DNA of 57,083 bases. Origin: Acidobacteriota bacterium (GTDB taxonomy: Bacteria > Acidobacteriota > Blastocatellia > RBC074). Positions 1-7,546 of the stretch are shown piece by piece; within the stretch, counting starts at the first letter, position 1; every line of letters starts with the position of its first letter. The translations under genes and the position numbers were made by a program. The stretch covers positions 1 to 57,083 of the forward strand of contig JAJVID010000065.1 of NCBI GenBank assembly GCA_022072205.1, given 5' to 3'. The notes below the pieces were generated by a model, which did no database searches, was not told the DNA's origin, and worked only from the letters and a program-made list of their open reading frames with translations.

Positions 1-827
1 TCTTCGCGCGCCTGTTGCAATCCTTGCTCCAACCCTCTTTTCATTCCGATTCGTTCAAAGCTTGTAACGTATGGCATTTTCTTTCCCTCCTCGAGTTCGT
101 GAGCTTCCTCAAGAATTCGCTCGTTCAACGGCTCCGGCAGCCTCATCACCCAGTCCATAAAAATAAACAACGCCGTGATCTCCTCCCGCGCGTAACCGCG
201 CCGGTAAAGATCGCGAAGCAATCGGAGCTTCCACTCATAACGCCGGTCATTATCTCCCCTGGTATCTATGGCCTTCAACTGCGCCATCACAACCACGGCG
301 AAGATATTGTCGCTCGCCTCAAGCTCCTCCCACCGCGCGGCGTAATCGCTGATATTGGCGACCGGAAAATCGAAGACGTGCGCGCAACCCCAGCGCCCGG
401 TCTCATAATGCCCCGTCGCCTTGCCTCCACTGCCGGTGACGACCGCCAGGCTGATGACCTCGACGTTGTGCGCGTACATCAGCCGGTAGTTGTAAACGAA
501 GACGCGCCTTGAGAAGACACGCCCACCGCGCTCCTGCACTTCAATGTGAATCAGCAGCCAGGTCTGTCTGCCGTTCTTCAGCCAGACTTTGAAGAGCTTG
601 TCGGCCAGCAGTTTGCCTGTTCTGAAAGCTGGACGCGCTTGCGCCAGTTCTTTGTCCAGCGATTCATAACCGCGACTTCAATCAATATCGGCTTCGACCT
701 GCGGAAAGAAGAAGCGCAGAAACGCGCGCAGATAAGCGTCCAGAATATCCTTCCACGCGCTGTCTTGATCGGTTCGCGGACTTTCGTCTGCTTTCGCTTT
801 TTTCGTGGCGGTTTTGATTGGGGCCAT
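1..827 (-). pseudogene. Rpn-family / PD-(D/E)XK (DUF4351-type) recombination-promoting nuclease, putative transposase; interrupted by one in-frame TGA; 3' end runs off the left edge
   Basis: Manual reverse translation from ATG at 827: MAPIKTATKKAKADESPRTDQDSAWKDILDAYLRAFLRFFFPQVEADID*SRGYESLDKELAQARPAFRTGKLLADKLFKVWLKNGRQTWLLIHIEVQERGGRVFSRRVFVYNYRL... These are family-typical N-terminal motifs. The TGA at 678-680 sits where the family has Trp. The frame otherwise stays open to position 1. It is absent from the ORF track because it is split and has no in-window stop. Confidence 0.7.
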
Positions 828-829
828 TT

Positions 830-3745
830 TCAATCAACGTAAACGAAATCGTTCGACGACATCAGCGCGCGGCACAAGCTCTGCCACGCTTTCTGGCCAA
901 CATTTTCTCCCGCGAACTTCTGCTTGAATCCTTCGATGTATTTCAGCGATTGATCAACCTCTTCCTTCGCAGGCTGACGATTGAGGATGCGCGCGTAGGC
1001 GGTTTCGACTCGCGACGCGTCGCTCAATCCTTTTTTGTCGAGCAGCGATTTCGCCACGTCCTGCGCGCGTTCGTTCAGGAATTCGCTGTTGAGCCAGAAG
1101 AGCGCCTGCGTGGCGACGTTGGTCAATTGCCGTTTGCCCGAAGACGTGGTCGCGTCGCCGAAATCGAAGAGGTTCAGCAGCGTCGGCAGATTCGCGCGGC
1201 GCAGCGGCAAATAGACCGTGCGGCGTTTCAGCTTTTCGGGATTCAGGCTCAGCCTGCCCTGATTGTTCTCGCCGTCAGTGCCGCGCCCGGTTTGCAGCGT
1301 CCCGCCCATCGTGAAATCAATCGTTCCGTCAACCGCCAGCAAGCCGTCGCGCATCTCTTCGACCGAAAGACGGCGGCGATTGAAGCGCGTCAGCAAACGA
1401 TTGTCAGCGTCGGCGTCCGGCGCGATGTTCGGATTTTCAGATGACATCTGGTAGGCGCTCGAAAACATGATCAACCGATGCATCGCTTTGATTGACCAAC
1501 CGCTTTTGACGAACTGCGTGGCCAGGTAATCGAGCAGTTCGGGATGCGTGGGCGGTTCGCCCATCTTGCCGAAATTGTCAGGCGTGCGCGCCAGGCCCTC
1601 GCCGAAATGCCATAGCCAGATGCGGTTCGCCATCACACGCGCGGTCAGTGGATGGCCGGGCTGCGTCAACCATTCGGCAAACTGTAATCGCCCGCTGCCG
1701 ACAAACGCCGGCTTCGTGTCGTAACGAGCGAGGATCGCGGGAAAGCCTTTCGGCGCGTCTTCGCCGTTGTTGTTGTAATCGCCCCGGATGAAGACCTTCT
1801 GCGCGATCGGCTCGCCGTCTTCAATCGCGCAGGCCATTTCGGGTTCCGCAGGCGCGGACTTTTTCAACTCCGCTTGCTGTTTGTGAAGCTCGGTGAGCCG
1901 CGACCATTGTTCGGGCGAAAAACGCTTCTGGTCTTTATCGCCAACGGCGAAAGGCCCGCCCGCGAAATAGACATCGTTGAAGAAGCGGTCATCGCCAGCT
2001 TCAAATTTTGGTTTGTCTGGAACGGGCTTGTTCTCGGCCAGAGCTTTTTTGTATTCGGGCCGCCACTTGCTGATCTTCTCTTCCCATTCGGCAAAACGTT
2101 TCTGAAAACGCTCCTGATAGCTTTGCGCGGTGGCGGCAAGTTTATCCGGCGCGGCGGCGTTCCATTCGTTCAGATAGCCGCGAACCTCGGCGCCCGGCTT
2201 CAGGAAATCAACCCAGCGTTTCAACAACTCTTCGTTCAAATCGGATTGTCGCGCTGTGCCGGCCAGCAGCGCTCCGCTTTGATAAATTTTGCGCGCGGCG
2301 AGGAAGTAATCCGCCAGACGCGGCGAATGCTGTTTGACCGCGTGATCCTTCACTTCATCCACGATCTCTTCAATCGCGATTTTGACGCGCGACTCTTTCG
2401 CCTGATGTTCTTTCCGCGCGGCTTTGTAGCGCTCGAATTCCGCCTTCGTCACGAGCGGTTTTTCGAGCACGGCGGAAACATGCGAATCGGGATTGGTGAA
2501 GCTGCGCGTTGAAGCGAACATCCCGATCATCGAGTAATAATCTTTGGTCAGGATCGGATCGAATTTGTGATTGTGACAGCGCGCGCACGAGACTGTCAGA
2601 CCGAGAAACGCCTTCGTCGTGACGTCAACCTGCTCATCGTAGACGTCGTAAAGCATCTTCTTCTTGTCCTGCTGCGCGATGGCTTTCGGGCCGAGCGCGA
2701 GAAAGCCGGTGGCGATGACGCCGCGACGATTGACCTCGCCGCCGTCTTTTGCCGGAAGCAGATCGCCCGCGATTTGTTCGCGGATGAATTGGTCGTAGGG
2801 CAAATCGTTGTTGAACGATTCGATCACGTAGTCGCGGTATTTCCAGGCGTGCGGGTAGCGGTGGTCTTCGTCGTTGCCGGTCGAATCGGCGTAACGCGCA
2901 ACGTCCAGCCAATGGCGGCCCCAGCGTTCACCATAACGTGGACTGCTGAGCAATCGTTCGACGACTTTTTTGAACGCGTCGGGCGAATTGTCGGCCAGGA
3001 AATCGCGCATTTCGTTTTCGGTCGGAGGCAGTCCCGTCAAATCGAACGTCGCGCGGCGCAGCAGCGTCAGCTTATCAGCCGCCGGAGCGGGTTTGAGGTT
3101 TTTCTCTTCCAGCTTCGCCAGCAGGAATCGGTCAATCGGCGATTTGATCCACGCTTCGTTTTTCACTCGCGGCGGCGCGGCGTCCTTGACCGGCTGATAC
3201 GACCAGAATGCTTTTTCCTCTTCGGTGAACGACCTGACTGACGAATTCTTCGGCCAGTTTTCTGAAGCAGCAGGTTTATCAGTTCCTGGCCACGGCGCGC
3301 CCATCCTCACCCACTCGGTCAACGCGGCGATTTCGTGATCTTTCAATTTGCCTGTCGGCGGCATCTTCATCTCGCCGTCGTAAGCGATGACTTTGAGCAA
3401 GCGGCTCTCTTCCGGTTTTTCTTTGTTGACGAGCAGGCCGCTGTCGCCGCCGCGGTGGAAACCTTCGGCGGTTGTCAGATCGAGTCCGGCCACTTTCGCT
3501 TTCGAGTTGTGGCATCGCTGGCAACTCGTGGCCAGGATCGGGCGAATCTTCTTCTCGAAAAATTCCTGCTGCGCGGTGTTCTCGACGGGATTTGGCTCGA
3601 TTCTTCCCGGAACCGCTGACGCCTGTGAAACGGCCAGGCTGAAAAGCAGCGCCAGCGCCAGCGTGATTTTGATCAGCCTGCGCGAGGCAATGAGCGATGG
3701 GAGCGATGGGAGTGATGAAAGTAACGGGAACGATGGTTTCATCAT
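830..3745 (-). CDS. Secreted PSCyt1 / DUF1549 (PSCyt2) / DUF1553 (PSD1) multidomain protein
   Basis: 971-aa ORF with a signal peptide (...ALALLFSLAVSQASA). It has a CxxCH motif (SCQRCHNSKAKVAGLDL), a second CARCHNHKFDP motif typical of DUF1549, and a DUF1553-type C-terminal region ending ...SNDFVYVD. Confidence 0.9.
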   Translation of the reverse strand: MMKPSFPLLSSLPSLPSLIASRRLIKITLALALLFSLAVSQASAVPGRIEPNPVENTAQQEFFEKKIRPILATSCQRCHNSKAKVAGLDLTTAEGFHRGGDSGLLVNKEKPEESRLLKVIAYDGEMKMPPTGKLKDHEIAALTEWVRMGAPWPGTDKPAASENWPKNSSVRSFTEEEKAFWSYQPVKDAAPPRVKNEAWIKSPIDRFLLAKLEEKNLKPAPAADKLTLLRRATFDLTGLPPTENEMRDFLADNSPDAFKKVVERLLSSPRYGERWGRHWLDVARYADSTGNDEDHRYPHAWKYRDYVIESFNNDLPYDQFIREQIAGDLLPAKDGGEVNRRGVIATGFLALGPKAIAQQDKKKMLYDVYDEQVDVTTKAFLGLTVSCARCHNHKFDPILTKDYYSMIGMFASTRSFTNPDSHVSAVLEKPLVTKAEFERYKAARKEHQAKESRVKIAIEEIVDEVKDHAVKQHSPRLADYFLAARKIYQSGALLAGTARQSDLNEELLKRWVDFLKPGAEVRGYLNEWNAAAPDKLAATAQSYQERFQKRFAEWEEKISKWRPEYKKALAENKPVPDKPKFEAGDDRFFNDVYFAGGPFAVGDKDQKRFSPEQWSRLTELHKQQAELKKSAPAEPEMACAIEDGEPIAQKVFIRGDYNNNGEDAPKGFPAILARYDTKPAFVGSGRLQFAEWLTQPGHPLTARVMANRIWLWHFGEGLARTPDNFGKMGEPPTHPELLDYLATQFVKSGWSIKAMHRLIMFSSAYQMSSENPNIAPDADADNRLLTRFNRRRLSVEEMRDGLLAVDGTIDFTMGGTLQTGRGTDGENNQGRLSLNPEKLKRRTVYLPLRRANLPTLLNLFDFGDATTSSGKRQLTNVATQALFWLNSEFLNERAQDVAKSLLDKKGLSDASRVETAYARILNRQPAKEEVDQSLKYIEGFKQKFAGENVGQKAWQSLCRALMSSNDFVYVD

Positions 3746-3904
3746 ATTGAGTTCACTCCACCGGCGCAGCCTGCCGGCAAAGCGTTTTTAGCGTGACACT
3801 GTTATTGAAGTGGTTTGTGAGCGCTCAAATGAGAGCTTCGCCATAATCCCTGTTGCCGGTAATTCATGTCAATGGCGAGGATGGTTGCGCGCGGCTTCTC
3901 GTGT

Positions 3905-4738
3905 TTATCCGTGATCAATCGTCTCCGCTTCGAGCAGGTAATAACTCCGCCCGCCTTCCACCAGTAAATCCGTCGCCGTGTAGCCTTTTGCAAAGGCCCA
4001 TTCAAACAACTCGCGGGTATGCAGCCGCCATTCGAGCGCGAGATTTTTGTCGGCGGCTTTGAGGCTTTGAAAATCGGAAGGGATTTGAATGAGCGCTCGC
4101 TCCGATTCAATCGCAGCCCTTTCCGATGGCCGAGGCGCTGAAGGGTTGATTAGCGGGACGCCATCGGTCATCAGTTTTGAAGAGGACATGGCGGCGTCTT
4201 CACCGCGCAATCTTGATTCGACGCGCGGGCTTGCGATGCGCCAATCAACTTGAAATCTGTCGCTCGGCAAACCGGCGTTCAGCGTGTCGCGCATCGCGCC
4301 GTATAAATTTCGCAGGTACGTGTCGCACGTCGCGCCGAGCTTGTGAAAGTTGAATCTGGCGTTGCGGCTTTCCAGCGGATCGAAAGTCCAGGTGATCAGA
4401 TCAATTCCCTGCGCCAGCGCCTGCTCGCGCTGTTTCAGCTTCAACGCGTAACCGACGTTGCGGTCGCGGTAAGCGGGCAGCACTCCGGCGATGTGCGAGC
4501 AATGCTTGACGCGGCCATCAGCCGTCAGGCCGACGAAGCCGAAGACGAAGCCAATCATCCGCTCTTCGTCTTCAACCGTGTCGAACGCGCCGAGCATCAC
4601 GCCGCCGTTTTTGTGCGCCGTCATCAACGTTTCGAAAGCGACGATTTCGATGTCCTGCGCGCCCCAGATTTCGCGCTGTAAATGTTCGACCGCGTGGTAC
4701 TCGTCTTCAGTTTTGACTGTGCGAATTTCGATTGCCAT
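3905..4738 (-). CDS. GNAT-fold acetyltransferase-like protein with a C-terminal extension
   Basis: ORF 3905..4798. The likely start is the internal ATG at 4738 (MAIEIRTVKTEDEYHAVEHLQREIWG...). Acetyl-CoA motif A-like RDRNVGYALKLKQRE. The upstream 20 codons run into a hairpin repeat. Confidence 0.7.
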   Translation of the reverse strand: MAIEIRTVKTEDEYHAVEHLQREIWGAQDIEIVAFETLMTAHKNGGVMLGAFDTVEDEERMIGFVFGFVGLTADGRVKHCSHIAGVLPAYRDRNVGYALKLKQREQALAQGIDLITWTFDPLESRNARFNFHKLGATCDTYLRNLYGAMRDTLNAGLPSDRFQVDWRIASPRVESRLRGEDAAMSSSKLMTDGVPLINPSAPRPSERAAIESERALIQIPSDFQSLKAADKNLALEWRLHTRELFEWAFAKGYTATDLLVEGGRSYYLLEAETIDHG

Positions 4739-4761
4739 TTGAATTTTCCAGATAGGAAGCA

Positions 4762-4866
4762 AAGAGAGAACACGTAAAAGACGGAAATAACGGAACAAAC
4801 GGAAAAGAGCAAGCCCATATAATTTCCGTTTGTTCCGTTATTTCCGTCTTTTACGTGTTCTCTCTT
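4762..4866. repeat. Perfect 44-bp inverted repeat (ACGGAA-rich hairpin family, copy 1)
   Basis: Arm 4762-4805 (AAGAGAGAACACGTAAAAGACGGAAATAACGGAACAAACGGAAA) is the exact reverse complement of 4823-4866, with a 17-nt loop. The right arm overlaps the TAA stop of the CNNM gene. Confidence 0.95.
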
Positions 4867-6178
4867 AATCCTCCGCATCGTCCGGCCCGACGCGGCTGAC
4901 CAGAACTTTGTCCACGCGGCGGCGATCCATGTCCACGACTTCGATTTTCAGGTCGTCCCAGACGAAATAATCCGACGCTGACGGCAATCGTCCGAGGTAA
5001 GTGATGATGAATCCAGCCAGCGTGTGATAACCGCCGTCCTCTTCTCTCGGCAATGTGTCGAGCGAGAATAATTCCTTGAACTCAGCGATGGATATTCTGC
5101 CATCCAACAACCACGATCCGTCGTCGCGTTGAACGGCGTAGCTTTCAACCTCGCCGCTCGGCGCAGGCAAATCGCCGACAATCGCTTCCAGCACGTCGTT
5201 CATCGTCACCAGTCCTTCAATCGCGCCGTGTTCGTCAACGACCATGGCGATGTGCGTCGCCGAGCCTTTGAACAGTTCCAGCAACTGCAACGCGGTTCTG
5301 GTCTCCGGCACGTAAAGCGGCTGGCGCAGCGCGGCTCGCAGGTCGAACGGCTCGCCCGCGAGAACCCTCGACAACAGGTCTTTCGCCTTAACTATGCCCA
5401 GAATGTTGTCGAGCGCTCCCTGGCAAACCGGCGTCCGCGAATAAGGGCTGTTGATGATCCGCTGGCGAGTTTCTTCAATCGGCGCTTCGATGTCCAACCA
5501 GACGATGTCCAGGCGCGGCGTCATCAACGCGGGAACCTTCTGATCTGGCAACCGGAAAATATTCTCCACCAGGTCTTGTTCGGTTTCTTCAAAGACGCCT
5601 GCTTCAGTCCCCTGATCAATCAGGAGCTTGACCTCTTCTTCGGTGATCGGCGGCTCGTCCGACGGTTTGGCTTTCAACAACCGCAGCAGAAAATTTGAAG
5701 AGGCGCTGAGCGCGCGCACGGCAGGCCACGCCAGACGCGACAGAAACTGCATCGGCCTGGCGATCCGCGCCGCGATTTTTTCGGGATTATTCAGCCCCAG
5801 TCGCTTCGGAACCAGTTCGCCCACAACCAGCGAAAAATAGGTGATCACCAGCACCACCAAACCCAGACTGATGGCTCCGCTGTATCGCGCGATCGCTGGA
5901 ATGCGCTCGAAATACCCTACCAGATGCTCCGCGATGGTCGCGCCGCCGAACGCCCCGGCCAGAATGCCGATCAGCGTGATGCCGATCTGAACAGTCGAAA
6001 GAAAACGATCCGGCGCGTTAGCCAGATCGAGCGCGGCGCGCGCGCCTGCGTCGCGTTCAGCGCGTTGTTGCAACCGCGCGCGGCGCGACGAAACGACCGC
6101 TATCTCAGACATTGCAAAAACACCGTTAGCTATCAACAACAGGATGATGAATAGAATCTCGACCGCTACCTGAGCCAT
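4865..6178 (-). CDS. CNNM/DUF21 + CBS pair + CorC_HlyC family membrane protein (hemolysin-family / Mg-Co efflux-like)
   Basis: ORF 4865..6193. The ATG at 6178 is preceded by GGGAGA. The N-terminus is a DUF21 TM region (VEILFIILLLIANGVFAMSEIAVVSSRRARL), followed by a CBS region and a C-terminal transporter-associated domain. Confidence 0.9.
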   Translation of the reverse strand: MAQVAVEILFIILLLIANGVFAMSEIAVVSSRRARLQQRAERDAGARAALDLANAPDRFLSTVQIGITLIGILAGAFGGATIAEHLVGYFERIPAIARYSGAISLGLVVLVITYFSLVVGELVPKRLGLNNPEKIAARIARPMQFLSRLAWPAVRALSASSNFLLRLLKAKPSDEPPITEEEVKLLIDQGTEAGVFEETEQDLVENIFRLPDQKVPALMTPRLDIVWLDIEAPIEETRQRIINSPYSRTPVCQGALDNILGIVKAKDLLSRVLAGEPFDLRAALRQPLYVPETRTALQLLELFKGSATHIAMVVDEHGAIEGLVTMNDVLEAIVGDLPAPSGEVESYAVQRDDGSWLLDGRISIAEFKELFSLDTLPREEDGGYHTLAGFIITYLGRLPSASDYFVWDDLKIEVVDMDRRRVDKVLVSRVGPDDAED

Positions 6179-6331
6179 AGTCCAATCTCCCAATCGTTTT
6201 CCTCTTCGGCGGTGAATCAGGCGAGAGAGATGACAGGATAAACGAAGAAATCCGATCAGAAAGAATTTCTACCCGTAAAATCCGCTGGCTGTTCTTAAAT
6301 CAAACCATACAAGATTGGGACAAACACTTTT

Positions 6332-6410
6332 AGCCACAGAGGCCGCAGAGAGCACAGAGACAAATAAATATGCGACTTTCACCTCTGTGTTCTCTGTGCT
6401 CTCTGTGGCT
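6332..6410. repeat. Hairpin built from tandem 9-nt CACAGAG units (family copy 1)
   Basis: Left arm AGCCACAGAG-GCCGCAGAG-AGCACAGAG, right arm CCTCTGTG-TTCTCTGTG-CTCTCTGTGGCT. The same architecture occurs at 52624-52702 and 56951-57027. Confidence 0.9.
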
Positions 6411-6436
6411 GGTGTTCCAATGTTTTGTGTACCGAA

Positions 6437-7006
6437 TTACTGGTTGACACGCTCGATCGAGCGGGCGATCAACACAGGCTCGTTTTTGAATTCGGCTTCG
6501 AGTTTCGGTTGAAGGTCCCAGCCGATTTCGCGCTCGATGTTGCTGACGTTCATCCGCTGCACGACGCCGGTCACGCGCACTTTGTTGCGCTTCCACTGGT
6601 CGTCAACATTCGCCAGGTTGCCGGCTTTCGGAATCAACACCAGCAGGTCGTCATCATTGTCTCCGGAGATATCCGAATCCTCGTCCAACTCGAACGCGCG
6701 CGGGCCGTAAACTTCATCAACGTCGGCGACCACCGTGACGGTCTTGCCGATCAGAGCGTTCGGATTCCTTGTGATGTCGGTCACGCGGTGAGTCGCGCCT
6801 ACTGGTAAACCGGTCGTTCCCACCGCGCCGGGCGACGTTGCCGGCGACGGATATGTTTCCGGCGTCGTCATCGGTGTTGTCATCGGTGTCGGCGTCGGCG
6901 TCACAATCGGTTCCGTTGCGGTTTCGCGATCTGTGGTTTCGCAACCGGCCACGAACGAAACCAGCGTGATGAACGCTGTGAAAAAAATAGCTGTGCGCTT
7001 CTTCAT
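6437..7006 (-). CDS. Lipoprotein with Thr/Pro-rich linker, unknown function
   Basis: The internal ATG at 7006 is preceded by the strong SD AGGAGGAGGAGGA. MKKRTAIFFTAFITLVSFVAGC has a lipobox, followed by a TPTPTPMTTPMTTPETYPSP linker. The longer ORF to 7219 overlaps the rhodanese frame. Confidence 0.75.
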   Translation of the reverse strand: MKKRTAIFFTAFITLVSFVAGCETTDRETATEPIVTPTPTPMTTPMTTPETYPSPATSPGAVGTTGLPVGATHRVTDITRNPNALIGKTVTVVADVDEVYGPRAFELDEDSDISGDNDDDLLVLIPKAGNLANVDDQWKRNKVRVTGVVQRMNVSNIEREIGWDLQPKLEAEFKNEPVLIARSIERVNQ

Positions 7007-7068
7007 TCCTCCTCCTCCTGTTGTGATGTTTTCGTTTCCACTTGTTCGCTGCGCCCGTAATTCATCAG

Positions 7069-7434
7069 TCATTTCTGTTCCAACGGGAAACCCGCCTGGC
7101 GCCATGCGTCGAATCCGCCCAGGAGCGGATAAACGTTGTGATAACCGCGCTCGATCAATTTCCGCGCCACACTGGCGCTCGATGCTTCCATCTGTCAGGT
7201 TCAGTAAGGGACTATCCACCGATCCTTTCCGCCATCTTTCGGGATTTCGCTCAACCGCAGATCAACTTCGTCGGCGGGTATGCGTATCGCGCCCGGAAGC
7301 TTTTCGCTCGCGTGGCTCCACGCCTGAGGGTTGCGGGAATCAATGAAAAACACAGGCTCGCCGCGATTCATCCGCCGCATCACCTCATCAGGCGTCACTT
7401 TGCGTATCATCGTTTGTTGAGTCGCTTCGGCCAT
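7069..7434 (-). CDS. Single-domain rhodanese (sulfurtransferase) with two in-frame TGA codons at the active-site loop: selenocysteine-recoding candidate or pseudogene
   Basis: ORF 7201..7434 (MAEATQQTMIRKVTPDEV...IPKDGGKDRWIVPY) continues in the same frame as TGA(7201-7203)-ACC-TGA(7195-7197)-QMEASSASVARKLIERGYHNVYPLLGGFDAWRQAGFPLEQK. The terminal TGA is at 7069-7071. Confidence 0.6.
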
Positions 7435-7462
7435 TTCTCAAAACTCCTTTCCTGAAAATACC

Positions 7463-7526
7463 GCGAGCGGTAGCGGCGCAGCCTGACTAATCGGCTCAGG
7501 CTAGAGATACGCTCGCTACCGCTCGC
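7463..7526. repeat. Compound intergenic hairpin
   Basis: Outer arms are GCGAGCGGTAGCG (7463-7475) and CGCTACCGCTCGC (7514-7526). Inner arms are AGCCTGA (7480-7486) and TCAGGCT (7496-7502). It lies between the M24 peptidase stop and the rhodanese start. Confidence 0.8.
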
Positions 7527-7546
7527 AGAATTGATACGAATCTTCA

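Noticed and set aside
15-842. Plus-strand ORFs 15..512 and 546..842 at the left edge.
   Set aside because: They are antisense to the Rpn/DUF4351-type gene, whose minus-strand translation shows unmistakable family motifs.
6332-6410. CRISPR array interpretation of the CACAGAG, ACGGAA and TGGTGG repeat clusters.
   Set aside because: The units are only 7-9 nt and directly abutting, with no spacers. They are arranged as two complementary arms (hairpins). No cas genes are present.
678-7203. Global TGA reassignment (genetic code 4 or 25) as an explanation for the in-frame TGAs in the Rpn-like gene and the rhodanese.
   Set aside because: Many well-supported genes in the window terminate at TGA at the expected family C-terminus, for example the DUF1553 protein, clpB, hsp20 and the rhodanese itself at 7069. 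The in-frame TGAs replace different residues (Trp versus Cys), and the genome is GC-rich.
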